Positions 12,370 to 25,589 of a DNA stretch of 64,000 nt are shown piece after piece. Below the pieces are notes generated by a model. It did not search any database and had not been told where the DNA came from. It worked only from the letters and a program-made list of their open reading frames with translations. The position numbers were made by a program, and so were the translations under genes. This DNA is from Antedon mediterranea. Its lineage: Eukaryota > Animalia > Echinodermata. How positions within the stretch are numbered: position 1 is the first letter of the stretch; every line of letters starts with the position of its first letter. The stretch spans positions 18,955,432 through 19,019,431 of the forward strand of contig NC_092679.1 in assembly GCF_964355755.1 (NCBI RefSeq). Direction: 5' to 3'.

Positions 12370-15300
12370 ATGTCGAAGATATTCTGTTTGTTACTCCTGA
12401 CACTGTTTGTTATCAACTTTAGCGATGCTAGGCCACCTAAACAGGTAAGATACATTTATATTAGAGTTAATAAATCGTGGCCACGGACTTCCTCTGTCTT
12501 AATGCTTGAATTCCCATAGAATTGGTCAAACTAATTGCCTTGATCGTCCGGGTGGCGATTTGTTTTTGTCCGGGGAGATTTTTTTTTCGTATATAAGTTG
12601 GAGACCCCATGTGAAAGATAGCCGAAGTACTTCCTAAATATAACTAAACCTAACCCTCTTAATAATCTCTCTCTCTCTCACTATAAAGTAAAAGAAAAGT
12701 AGTTCATGGGAGTCGAACCCCATTCATCGACATGTAAAGTCCAAAGTCTTATCCACTCGACTACACAGACGGATCGACAGAAATCGTTTGCATTAGCGAA
12801 TTGTAGTTAGCTCAATTCTTACGTCACAACTTGGGTACGAAAAGAAATATCGCGTCCGGGGGTACATAATTATCACGTTGGACGTATGAAATAGCCCTTC
12901 AGTTGCGTAGACCTACCTGATTCAGCTTATATGCAAGAGGATCACCTTCAGGTGCATTTCCTTTAAAATCGACCATAACTTTTTACAAGAAAATTATATG
13001 TTTCAGGTACCTAAACACCACAACCATGCCGAGCCACCCGAAGAGGAGGAGTCCGAAGGCACCATTGAAAGTGATATAAAACTAACGCCTGAGCAATTAG
13101 AGGAGTTGAAACAGTACAAACAAAATCCAGAATTGGCTAAAAGAAAAATAATTGATAGCGCATTCAGACGATGGCCACATCTAAGTAATGAAGATGTCCT
13201 AGTCCCATTCGAGATCTCATCTTCATCTCGTAAGTAGGCCTATAGTTAACGTTTATCATAGTCTAGGCCGCCGCCCACAATTTAGTAATAATATAATCTA
13301 TGTTATTCCTTATGACCATTTACATACATCGCAGAGTGGACGAACGGTTTCCGCTCAGCAGGATAGATACAGATTCTACGTGGGACAAGCTACGCGGTTT
13401 TCCGCTTACCGTTTTACCGCTCGTTTGTGTAAATTGGCATTAATGCGCAGGTCTTTAAATGCCAGGAAATATAGCATAGGGCCAACACTTTTTAGGAACT
13501 TGTTCCTCTGTTTTCTGCCCTCCTCGGTATTTTGTATAATATATATAAATCCAAAGGCAAATAACTGAAAAAATGACAATGCTGTGGGTATCAGTGGCTG
13601 GATCTCAATGGAGATACAAAAAAAAAAGCAAAAAGCTAAATCAAAACGATAAAGTAAAACAGCCAGAAAAGTTAGCAGAGCTTTCGGGCAACACTAGCCC
13701 TTCATCAGTGCAAGTGAAGGAATATATATTATATATATATTGTTTTATATCCTCTACCTTTTGGAGAAGCATGTACGAAACGTTCCTTTAAATACGGAAT
13801 AACTTTTGGTTATAGCTCTGTACCACCGGTACAATATGTTTCATATTATGATATCTACGGAGAGCTTAAAGCGTGGTTCCCACTAGAACGCAACGCAGCG
13901 ACGTATCGACGCAAAATGTATTGGAACCGACGACGCAATAGTTCTGCAAACATCGCAGGTTTGATTTCACGCAGGCGGGGGCGAACACAATTATTAGAAG
14001 GGCATTTGCTTACGTTGCGTAAATTGCGTTACGTTGCGTCGCTAGTGGGAACCACGCTTTAAGGTTAGGTGCGGCTAAAAAAGTTTTACTGGTTTTTATA
14101 GTATAATTTCCTTTTTGAACACTTTAAAGGAAATTCATGTTGTTTCTTCGTGATTTCTGAAAATTTTCTGATTAAATATACAGTATATTAAACCAATTTT
14201 ACTCTTCCCTGATTAAACCAAAATATATATCAAATTCATGCCTGTGAAACTCTAACTCCCGTAACGTATGAGTTTAATAACCTACACATTATCAACCATG
14301 CTTTTTAAGGTTTTTTATAATGGCGGTAATACGTCGACGTCAAGAAAAATAATAATAATAATAATTAACTTGAGTCCCCCAAAACCATGAAAAATGCAGA
14401 TTGATTAAATCAATAGACTTTGAATAGGCTATTTTGTAATTTTGATATAGGCAATCACTTCCGTAGAAAAAAGACGAAACAAATAATGTTTTCCCTTATA
14501 AAATGACAAAATAAATGGTTAAATTCAACAAAAAATCCATTGGATGGCAGCCAATTTGAATATTTTTTGCTTTAAATTACTGTTTTTTCAGGTAAATAAT
14601 TTTTTTTTCGATCTAATTTTTGGTCAAAGTGGATAACTATTATGACATTAAAATGACATATTAAAACAAAATATATATATTATTTTTTTCTGGGGAACAA
14701 TACCGTACATCTTTAAATAGAGAGACTTCAACTAATATATTAAGGCATATTTTCTCAGTGCTATACTATCTAATTTCATGAGACTATTGACATGGTTTTA
14801 AAAAGATAATGGTGTATGATTGATAGTAACTAAACTATAAGCTTAGCCCATAGGGTTATAAAATAAAATACGATTTATTTCTATTTTAAGAGGGAGACCG
14901 AGACGCAATTCTTGCAGGAATTAACCATTGGCGAGAAAATACCTGCATCACATTTGACGAAAGAAATACTGGTGACAGACTTAAATTTATAAAGGCTGAT
15001 GGGTATGTATCAACACTAAAATTACTTCGGGTGGGAGAAACAGCGGCTACACTTGATCCTTCAAGAGAGTGTAGGCCTACAAAACATATTTATTTATTTT
15101 TATTTATTTGCACGTATGGTAGCGCTCACAATGTTTAAGCTATCGTCTTGCATTTTTGGGCAATAACTTATAGAACATGCCTATTAATTTTCAAGAAAAT
15201 TGATGACTTCACAAAAACTTATTATATCTTGAGTTATCTGTATCTTGAGTTATCTGTATCTTCAACAATATGAGCTGAAATATTAAATAGCACGTATTTT

Positions 15301-18300
15301 GCCACGTATTTTATACAACATACAGTAAACGTAAATACGTAAAATAAAGTAAATTTATTTGTATAACACTTAATCACAGCGTCGTTTTATAGATATCTTT
15401 TGGGTTTAAATATCTCGCAATTTTGATTATAAGATGATATACCGGAATATCTATTCATAGATGCTGGTCATGGATTGGAAGGCAAGGTGGCTCGCAGGAG
15501 TTGTCTATCGGCAGCGGCTGTACTAGTGTAAATTATTAAAGTTGTAGCTTGGTAATATAAGTTCAAATTCTTTCTCCGCCCACTTGTATAGAACCTTATT
15601 TTTGTGTGAACGATATCTACCGTAAATTCGCTTAAAGCTTGGTTCCCACTAGCGACGCAACGTAACGCAACCTACGCAACGTAAGATAATGCCCTTCCAA
15701 TAATTGTGTTTGCCCCGCCTGCGTGAAATCAAACATGAGACGTTTGCAGCGTCGTTGCGTTCCGTTCTAGTGGGTGGGAACCACGCTTAATGGTGATTAT
15801 CTAACCCTAACCTGCTCGCCGCTCCATATCACGAATCATACTGTAGGGGATAAACACGTTGTTATAATTGTCCTAAACGTAATCGTTAATTGTTGGCCCG
15901 TGAGTTAAAGGTTTATTTTAAGCTGTGGTTATTCCTTGTCTTCTCATATTGTGTATTTTTGTAATTTTATGACTAATAAAGAAATGAAAATAATCAAATT
16001 CATGTTATACAGCTTGGAACCGTGGCCCATGAAATTGGACATGCAATTGGATTTTTCCACGAACAGTCACGACCAGACCGAGACAATTATGTCAACATTC
16101 TTTTGGAAAACATTGAGGATGATAATGAATACAACTTTGACAAATCTAATAATATTGACTCTATGGGTATTCCGTATGACGTCACATCAGTGATGCATTA
16201 CGGGAAATATGTAAGTATATATTTTTTAGAAAATTTATTTTTCTCTTTTGTGGCGTTAACCACTATTTATTCATTATATTATTAAAAATTAAATTATTAG
16301 AAATTCATTATATTTCATATTTTTTAGAATATTATGAACTATTTTTTTTTCAACCAAGTCTATCAAACCTGGTGTCTACCAGTGATATACCTAAGATAAC
16401 ATATCTTTTCTATAATAGTACTTTACAGTGAACGAGCTTCCAACGATAACGACAAAAGACCCGCTACTACAAAATTCTATAGGCTCACGTAATTCGTTAT
16501 CCTTCTATGACATTAAGCTGGCGAATGTGGCGTATGCTTGTGACGGTAAGAGGCATAAATACAGTTTTTATTGGATTTTCTATAATAAATTAGACTACAT
16601 TTGTTTCTATAATGTTATAAATCTGTAACTGTATGAAAAGCCTTTGGGGGGGGGGGGGAGTGTTCGATCAGTCAACGTTGTTTTTCTTATCTTTGTAAAA
16701 CTATGGAGGTATCCTCAATGGTACAACCGAACACCTCCTCCACACAACACAGTACCTTTTTAGCCATTTTAACGTTGTTAAAAATACAATTATTGCCTAT
16801 TTTATATCTTTATTTTTTTGTGACAATACATCAACAGATAAATGGTTAACTGAATGTGGTCAAACCGTAAATCCTTGTCAAAATGATGGATACTTGGGTA
16901 GGGACTGCACGTGTTTGTGTCCGCCGGAATATACTGGTTCTTCCTGTGAAACTGAACAACCTGTTGGTAAAAAAAGTTTAACATTTTGTTTTTAATACGT
17001 TCTTATATGTGTAAGTCTACAATAGCTCTGTCTACCACCGGTTATCAGCCACTATATTTTGAGTCCCACGGACTTAATGTCTATGAACAATTTTATATTA
17101 ATTTGATAATAGCATAGACATTATAATATCTCGATAATAATATTAATCATAATTAATTAAATATCTATTCGGCCATTTTTCCATTGGAGCAAGTAATAGG
17201 CATGAACCCAAATAAACTGCAAATATAACCTTTTTTAGGCTCTGTGTCTACACTATCAAACTTTATGTGACGTGATGTGCCTATATATGGACATGATGAT
17301 GTCATATCACTACCATATTTGGGCACATCCCACTTTTCATAATCGAACTTGGAAATCACATCAAGACTAAACGTAACCTCTGTCATAGGAATTCAGAATT
17401 CAGAAAAGAAGACATAAATAATTAATACGCATGCTCGAGTTAAAACGTAACTTCTGCCATAGGAATTCATAAAAAGTAGACAGAAATTATTAATACGCAT
17501 GCTCGAGTTAAAACGTAACTTCTGCCATAGGAATTCATAAAAAGTAGACAGACATTATTAATACGCATGCTCGAGTTAAAACGTAACTTCTGCCATAGGT
17601 ATTCAGAAAAAGTAGACAGAAATTATTAATACGCATGCTCGAGTTAAAACGTAACTTCTGCCATAGGAATTCAGAAGAAGAAGACATAAATTATTAATAC
17701 GCATGCTCGAGTTAAAACGTAACTTCTGCCATAGGAATTCATAAAAAGTAGACAGACATTATTAATACGCATGCTCGAGTTAAAACGTAACTTCTGCCAT
17801 AGGAATTCATAAAAAGTAGACAGAAATTATTAATACGCATGCTCGAGTTAAAACGTAACTTCTGCCATAGGAATTCATAAAAAGTAGACAGAAATTATTA
17901 ATACGCATGCTCGAGTTAAAACGTAACTTCTGCCATAGGTATTCATAAAAAGTAGACAGAAATTTTTAATACGCATGCTCGAGTTAAAACGTAACTTCTG
18001 CCATAGGAATTCAGAAAAAGTAGACAGAAATTATTAATACGCATGCTCGAGTTAAAACGTAACTTCTGCCATAGGTATTCAGAAAAGGAAGACATAAATT
18101 ATTAATACGCATGCTCGAGTTAAAACGTAACTTCTGCCATAGGAATTCATAAAAAGTAGACAGACATTATTAATACGCATGCTCGAGTTAAAACGTAACC
18201 TCTGCCATAGATATTCAGCTAGAGTTGTTTACTTATAATTAATTAATGTTTATACATTATCCTTGTATTTAAAAGGTAATTCAAAGTATTATAACACGGT

Positions 18301-21294
18301 ATCAGTCTACAATAATTACGCATTTAATAGTCAGCAAGTTTTGATAACGTTTTTTCCTTTCACAAAGAAACCTGCTCATACACCATAAACGAAGCGGATT
18401 CCAGTTCTGGAGAAATATTTTCTACAAACTATCCTAGCAACTACCCTATCAACGAAGATTGTATTGTATATTTTAATGTTAGTCAACTTATTTAACGATA
18501 CTATTTACAGTCTCTTAAGCTTGGTTCCCACTAGCGACTCAACGTAACGCAACCTACGCAACGTAAGAAAATACCATTCCAATAATTGTGTTTTTCCCCG
18601 CCTGCGTGAAATCAAACATGCGATGTTTGCAGCACACTGTTGCGTCGTACGTCAGTTTCCACTTGTGATTATGCAATACAGCACCTTGCGTGAAATGATA
18701 CGTAACTGCGTTGTGTTCTAGTGGGAACCATGCGTTACTTGATCTTGTTAATTATAAAACTAAAACAATCAGTGACCTTAAACATACTTTTTGTGGATTT
18801 TAGAAATTTTGATTTTTAATGTATAACAATTTGCTTTATTTTTATACAGGGAAACAGTCAACTGACAATTAACTTTGATGATTTTGAACTGGAAGCCGAA
18901 CAGAGCTGTGGCTGGGATTATTTGAGTGTACATGATGAAAACCTTTACATCTCTTCTGCCGAGTAAGTAGGCCTAAACTTTTGTAAATATTTACAAATGA
19001 TGTAGGCGTATATATTGTAGCAAAGAACTTATAATTGTAGCTATAGTAGGAATATTTTAGATACACGATCAGTTGCGAAAATTTCCAAAAAAATGGTTCA
19101 ACAATAATAATGATGATGTTATTGATATAATCAAAATGTATAATAATGATAAGAATAACAGATTCACATAATGTAAATATTATTGTTCCAGATGAACAAA
19201 AAAGGGTGAAGTCAAATATGCATCTGTGTATACGGCAAACCTGTTCAGGCCGAATTGGTCGAATAACAATAATTAAACTGCTCACTTACACTTTTAGATA
19301 TTGCGGTACAAATAGCCCAGGGCAAATTATCGATGATGATGGCCAGTTAGTTATCAACTTTAGGTCAGATTATTCACAAACCCGCAAGGGATATCATGCT
19401 ACATACGCATTTGCATCAACGCCACCCCCACCACCACCAACGACGGCCCCTCCACCACCACCGACGACGGCACCTCCACCACCACCAACGACGGCCCCTC
19501 CACCACCACCACCGACAACGGCACCTCCACCACCATCAACAACAGCACCTCCACCACCATCAACAACAGAGCTGTTCACAACAACCACTGAATGTCCTGC
19601 GTCTTCAGGTCAGTTACCAGTACTACAATACAATAACATTTCTTGTAGGCCTACTAAAAACATTTACATTCATAATATATAATAAGAGGGACATACAATA
19701 CCTGTAAACATTCAACAATGTACCTCCATTTATAGTTTCAAATTTTATTATAACAAACATTTTCATATTCTTTATCGACATTTTTTCTTTACCGTTAGTT
19801 TAGCGTCTTTTGTTTTAGTTAAGTTGTTATAATTTTAACAGAACCATATTGAAAACATATTTCACCAACTTATTTCTGAATTACGTTATCCTGTATAATG
19901 TTAACCCTCATCAACTAGGCTGAGCTGTGGTGTTTTTAAACAGCTAGTACCTTTCATAATTCATTTTGAATTGACGCAACAATATCTCCGTGAATACGAG
20001 GCCTAGCCTACTATAGGCCTACTTAAGAACAATCACTCAATTCATAATGGCATTTCATTATTCGGTGTTTCATTGTTTTAAATAATATGCAGTGATTCTT
20101 ATAACCCCAAATAAAATTTGAATGATTTCTTATTGTTATTAGTTAATCTACGAAACTACGCCGCAATAGAAAATGCAGGCCTTGGATATCGATTTGGTCG
20201 TATGGCTGCATGGGCAGATGTGGATGGTGATGGTGTGGCCAACAGCTTCTGCAGGTAAGATAAATGGATACAAACTCAGGGCCAAAGTTCCCTTGGTTTT
20301 GGCTCAGATTTCAATTTGAATATTTATTAAACTAAACATCTTTTACGTAAACGAAACGGATTTGTTATTGTTCTTTGACAAAAGTGATTCAATTTTATTT
20401 ATTTTAACAAACACGGAAAATTCAAACTGCAAAAATGTGTTCTTTTTTAAAATAGATTAATGAAAACAACGAGATGGTTTATATCATGCGTGAATTCAGA
20501 TGGCTCCGAGTATACAAGTCCTGATCCAGGGAATGCAAGGTTCAACATAGGAAAAAAGAGAACTGGTTTTATGCGTGACATGAACGGGGACGGGCTTGAC
20601 GATTACTGTAGGTAAGTAAGATGGGTATTAACAACTAAGGCATATTACTTATGTATTCGAGCCAATAGATTAGCAGGTAAATTCAGCAAATTGCTCTTCT
20701 TAGTGGTCTAATCACACTCAAAGTACATTTAAGGGTATGTTACAGCAATGCTCTTCGATTATTCTTAAGATTGCCCAGACACTGCAGTGCTAGTGACGTG
20801 TTTGTTAATAATGGCGTCCCGTCTTTTGGGGAATATCTAAGAAAATCTGTCTTTTCATTGTTACAGAGAATTTATGCTAGCAAAAATGAAATGATAGAAT
20901 GTATTATGGTATCATCATTTTGAATAATCCAGGCTCCACAACAAAATGATGGAGATTCTGAGATGATCTGATACCAGTGTCCTTTTTTGTGCGTGTTTGC
21001 CTTTTATATTTCAACTTGTGTTTCCTAATGTGATGCAATTGATTTTATAACTATGGACGTACGTATCCGAAATAAAAGAAAAATGTAATGTAATGTAATG
21101 TAATACAGATAATGACAATATTTGTATCAAAACACAGATGCCGCAAGCATGCCGGGGAATTCAAGTTCCGATGCACCAAGGCAGGACCAGAAGGATTCGA
21201 ACCAACCTCTGAGGAATTTAACTTAGATTACGCACCGTACAGCGGATATTGCAAGGATAAAATTGTCGACCCGAACACTGGATTTATTTATTAA
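12370..21294 (+). CDS. Astacin-family zinc metalloprotease (BP10/SpAN-like), copy B, complete, about 629 aa, secreted
   Basis: Exons 12370-12444 (signal peptide [20 protein letters not shown]), 13007-13229 (prodomain with IESDI and KR/K processing site before [10 protein letters not shown]), 14891-15002, 15461-15527, 16013-16210 ([17 protein letters not shown]), 16419-16545, 16838-16966 (EGF), 18368-18477, 18850-18962, 19298-19608 (CUB and linker), 20143-20254, 20456-20611, 21138-21294. Total 1890 nt, open throughout; exon phases match copy A. Confidence 0.95.
12703..12766 (-). repeat. tRNA-derived (SINE-like) Pol III head in astacin B intron 1
   Basis: A box TAGTCGAGTGG, B box GGTTCGACTCC, then TTTT. 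Confidence 0.55.
13312..13441. mobile_element. Short MITE (ATGACCATTTACA...TGTAAATTGGCAT)
   Basis: Sister copies at about 24337-24445 and 56343-56465. Confidence 0.7.
13540..13717 (-). mobile_element. Dispersed repeat carrying the hammerhead (probable Penelope-like terminal fragment)
   Basis: Near-identical copy at about 38843-39002 (truncated at the core). A diverged copy at about 62270-62387 is interrupted by a TIR element. Confidence 0.55.
13672..13713 (-). ncRNA. Minimal type I hammerhead motif of the Penelope-associated kind
   Basis: GCA-CUGAUGA-A-GGGC(UAGUGUU)GCCC-GAA-AGCU-C-UGC. Palindromic AGCU stem III, with one extra A after the core. Confidence 0.65.
13870..14058. mobile_element. 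Abundant MITE family with TIR AGCGTGGTTCCCACTAG (representative copy)
   Basis: Inverted termini with TAA/TTA flanks. Related copies at about 15636-15787, 18518-18735, 22884-23099, 23300-23460, 50330-50441, 59277-59680 (two adjacent), 60786-60964 and 61330-61460. Confidence 0.85.
17369..18218. repeat. 68-bp minisatellite, about 12 copies, in an astacin B intron
   Basis: GCTCGAG recurs every 68 nt from 17433 to 18181. Confidence 0.95.
20800..20946. repeat. Dispersed repeat, inverted copy at about 61983-62127
   Basis: TAATGGCGTCCCGTCTTTTG...CCAGGCTCCACAACAAAA appears reverse-complemented near 62 kb. Confidence 0.8.
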
Positions 21295-22603
21295 GAATAT
21301 TGACTTTTTTATGTCATTGTTTTAATTTTTGTGGGATACTATTAGATGTTGTAAGTCTAAAATATATAACTGCTGGCGTTTTCAAAGTGCATAAAGAAAA
21401 ATAATGGTTTTATGCCAATATGCTAATAGGCCCATATTGGGCTTTTATTTGGCCTTTCTATTATTATATTATTATGTGACAGGCCTACTTATTTGTAATA
21501 AGTTATGTTAACAGTAATGTATGCCTATGAACTTAACCGAATAACTGTAAATACCTTGTTATAATATTTAAAATATATCAAAGAGATAAATACAATAATG
21601 AAAGATGGATAACGGTATTTACACACTAGAATTCCTCCATATTTGAAAACGCAGGCTGACCTGCGGTATTTTAATTTACCGGTTTTTCTTTTGGTTTACT
21701 CTGAGACTGGCTCTCGGATTTTACACTTATTTCAACGGTGATGGTATTAAAGATTCAATTATCTGCAAAAAAGTACCGTATTATTTGTAGTGAATATTGC
21801 CTAATTAAATCCTTAAACCACTAAAAGCTCATCATGTGGGCATATCAACTCCCCTGCACACCAAGACTTTTTCTAAAATTCTGAGAAAGCTAGATCCTGC
21901 TTGCTGGCTAATTGCCATCGTGGACTGTCAATAGCGCCGTCATCGACGTAATCTGGAAATTTCTACATTCCATCCAGTCCTGTTATTGTCATGGTGCACA
22001 GTTGTTAACAAACCGTAAGTAAAACTGTTTAGTCTATACTTGCATGTATTTCTTTATTGCATCAAAATATACATTTCTATAATACTACTGGTAAATAACA
22101 GTATCCTTTTTTGTACTCTAAATGCTATATTTTGGGTCGGCGAACGTGAAAAAGTGCATCTTAGACAGACTAACTATTAATACCACGTGTATTTTAAGTC
22201 TCGCGGTAATGGGTCAACGCGTCACACAGAGGTTGTTATGTCTTCCTTTAATACAGATCTCTTTCGCCGTTGGATCTGTAACCACATGGTGTATTATGTA
22301 TGATTGAGTCGATTTGTCTTCACATCCAAAATATGGTGTTACAACAAACATTATAAACACACAATATAACAGATATTACGTCATGGATAAATTATCGCGT
22401 TTAACCTTCATCATCGGCGAAGTTTTACCAAAATTGATAACGCGGTCATTTAAGTTTTTGAGAATTTACAATAGACAAGAAAAAACACACTGGCACTTAA
22501 TATTGATGCATAATATATTTTAATGTATAACATTATTACGACAATTTAACATTGCCTCGACATACTATCGGTCACGCCTTTTGGCAACTTTCTTTTAGCA
22601 TTT

Positions 22604-24984
22604 TTATACTGGCTCAGGCACATTCTTCTTGAAGTTTCTGGCGCCACTAATACTTCGTGGATCATAACTGCAGGCGATATACTCCCATTGTTGGGCTGAA
22701 TCCTGTTTATACCCACATCCAAGTTTTTTACTGTCCATCCATACAACCTGTGTAAAATGACCTATGGAATACAAAACAATAATAATTTTATATCCGGTAA
22801 ATCATTAAACGAAGTCATCCCTATTACGTGATCATGATTCTAACGCGGATTTAAATCGGATCACTATCTGTTCTACCCGCTTAAGCGTGGTTCCCACTAG
22901 CGACGCAACGTAACGTAATCTACGCAACATAAGAAAATGCCATTTCAAAAATTGTGTTTGCCCCCGCCTGCCTGAAATCAAACCTGCGCTGTTTGCAGCA
23001 TTATTGCGTCGTCGGTTCCCACTTGTGATTAGGCAATACAGCACTGCGTCAATATGTCGCTGCGTTGCGTTACGTTGCGTCGCTAGTGGGAACCACGCTT
23101 TAGTAAATGCGTGTGAACACTGTTGCAGTACTAGACTTTACCTGTCTCATCTGAATATCCGGGATTGTTGAAATCATAGTATTGTATCTCATCGTACCAT
23201 GATTTTGTCGGAAGTTTACCTGAAAAAACACAAGTAATATGAAGGTGAATTGTTTTTTAATCACGGCCTATGCCAATACTAACGCTTCGTTCCCACTAAA
23301 GCGTGGTTCCCACTAGCGACGCAACGCAAGTGAATTGACCAATCACAAGCGATGGCTTATTCGCTTTTGATTGCTAACTGTCTATAACTTCGCTTGTCAT
23401 TGGTTAAAACGCTTGCGTTGCGTTTACGTCCTTGCGTTATGTTCTAGTGGGAACCAAGCTTAAGAGGCAGTGCAAGGACGATGGATTTTATATTCGCACT
23501 TTCACTTGTCATGATCAACTCACTTGCGTTGCACTACGTCCTTGCGTTGTCTCTAGTGGAAAGCAAGCTTTATAGGTGAAAATTAGATCAAACTATTAAA
23601 AGCTATCGTGCCATTCTCTACGTCAATTAGATTTTAAAAATAAATAATTGATTTAGGCCTACCAGTTATCCGTTGGCCGTATGATGCGTAAATGTTCTCT
23701 CCGTACTGTCCGTCAGAGTGTTCCAGTTTTCCTTTGACTGCATTATCATTAGCAACACTTTGTGCGTATGTATTAAGGATGTCATCTAGCGTAAGAGACT
23801 GTATGAAAACAAACATCCCATATATGATATTTTAATCCGACGATAAACAGAATGGTGAATTGGAAACATTCTATGGGACTGTTTATTCGGGTCTCGCGAG
23901 GCAAAAACAATTGACATAACAGAAAGATGAGGAAAATTAAAATTGTAAATTAAGCATAAGGCGAATTCGTGAAATAAAGTTAATATAGGCCTAGCTGTAA
24001 TTAGTTTAAACTGAAATAGTACGTACTGGAACGCCATGGAGGCATCGATAGTAGTTATGAGCATCGAGTATCTGTTGTCGGAGATCATCTATATCATTAA
24101 AGTTTATCCGATTCCCGGATGGGTTTGTGCAGCTGGCTTCGTTTGAACCACCTGGAATGCACGTTAATGGTTTTTAACTTATAACGCTAAAAAACAAATG
24201 CTTTGAAAAAGAAGTGAAAATGATCAGAAAATAAAAGATAAAATGAAATTCATGTTGACACCCAGACCGAAGGACACTTTACAGAGACCAGCGGTAACGG
24301 TAATAAAAATATAGAATCGGTGTAATTCCTTATATTATGACCATTTACACACAACGCGGAGCGGACGGGTTCGGATACAGATTTTACGTGGGATAATGTT
24401 CGTGGTTCCGCTTACCGTTACCGGTCGTCTGTGTAAATTGGCATAAAGGCCCATTTACACTAGGACGATAACGATCGACGATAAATAGATAACTATTCAT
24501 ACATAAATAAAAATAAATATAAACACTAAACACTTTTCAGTCTATAACTATAGAATAACCATCTTGGCCTATGCTTCCTTTGATTAAAATTATATTTTCA
24601 CACGTCCAACCAAATGACGTCATGATTAGTAAGAGCAATAATATCGTGACAATACAACGATTTTATTCTTTTTATTTATCGTGACGTAATTTGATTGGAA
24701 TATTAGGTTTATCAAAAGACAGCATAAATGATTATCCTATAGTTTTAGAACGAAAACCTTTCTATTGTATGTTGTTTTATGTAAAAAAAAATGCATGCTT
24801 ATCTATCGTCGATCGTTATCGTCCTTGTAAATGGGCCTTTATCACTCTTATACGCCATATCACTCTTTGCATCTCCAACCATTTGTTCTTTCAAAATGTT
24901 ATTAACAAATATTACTGTACCTTCAATTATTGGTGCGCACGAGATAATTCCAACGAGGAGCATCAAGAGACGCATAGCCACCAT
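22604..24984 (-). CDS. Secreted CAP/SCP (PR-1/GAPR-1-like) protein, about 186 aa
   Basis: Exons 24984-24921 (signal peptide MVAMRLLMLLVGIISCAPIIEG), 24151-24027 (ILDAHNYYRCLHGVP), 23798-23663 (LEHS...YGENIY), 23219-23142 (SWYDEIQYYDF), 22761-22604 (GHFTQVVW..SKKLGCG...IACSYDP, TAA). 561 nt in frame. A possible extra first exon ends in ATG at 25070-25072. Confidence 0.92.
22884..23099. mobile_element. MITE (AGCGTGGTTCCCACTAG family)
   Basis: Matching TIR at both ends, inside a CAP intron. Confidence 0.85.
24447..24838. mobile_element. MITE, same family as 3881-4883, in a CAP gene intron
   Basis: Same TIRs and internal sequence. Confidence 0.85.
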
Positions 24985-25164
24985 CTATGAACACAGATAA
25001 TGCATTTTGGTAAGAAAGGGTCAGAAATAAACGAATAATAAACGGTATATTATATTCTAACTTACGTACCATTGATCAATACCAACAACTTCTGATCTGT
25101 TCTAAAAACTTCTGATCTGTTCTAAAAACTTTTAGTTAATGGGAGCTGGTTCCGTTACGCCATC

Positions 25165-25171
25165 TTTTATA
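25165..25171 (-). promoter_or_regulatory. Putative TATA box of the CAP gene
   Basis: TATAAAA on the minus strand about 95 nt upstream of an ATG-gtacgt donor at about 25070. Confidence 0.5.
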
Positions 25172-25589
25172 CATGCCACCGGTGATATTTCAATAAGACG
25201 TCATAATTACATTAACAAATCAATCGTCATCATGATGTACACGCGTGTAAAACAGCCGGCCGACTGTTATCAACTGTAACATCGTGTCTCGACATGGGAT
25301 GTGCGAATGATTGATTTCAACATGCCATGTTTACTAGGGTAGGATTGCTATGATCTGATGATTCGAGATGGACACACACTTAATAAAAATAATAATAATA
25401 TCCTGGATTTAGGCCTATATAGCGCCTAATGTTGTGAAACCTCTAATCGCTGAACAATATTACTCCAGTCATTTTGGATCAAACACGTATATAAAAACAT
25501 ACTCCCATAATGCAGCTAGTAATCAGCTATTATTACGCCATTCGCTACAGTTTACGAAAATGGTTTTAGTTGGAAAATTGTAATACAGT

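Noticed and set aside
13573-13791. [19 protein letters not shown] shared with 38684-38941
   Set aside because: The shared peptide only reflects the dispersed hammerhead-bearing repeat.
17369-18218. Possible CRISPR array (68-bp period with palindromic motifs)
   Set aside because: The whole unit is repeated and there are no variable spacers.
21830-21995. GC-richer, coding-like minus-strand segment (MTITGLDGM*KFPDYVDDGAIDSPRWQ...)
   Set aside because: In-frame stops, no recognisable motif and no clear splice context.
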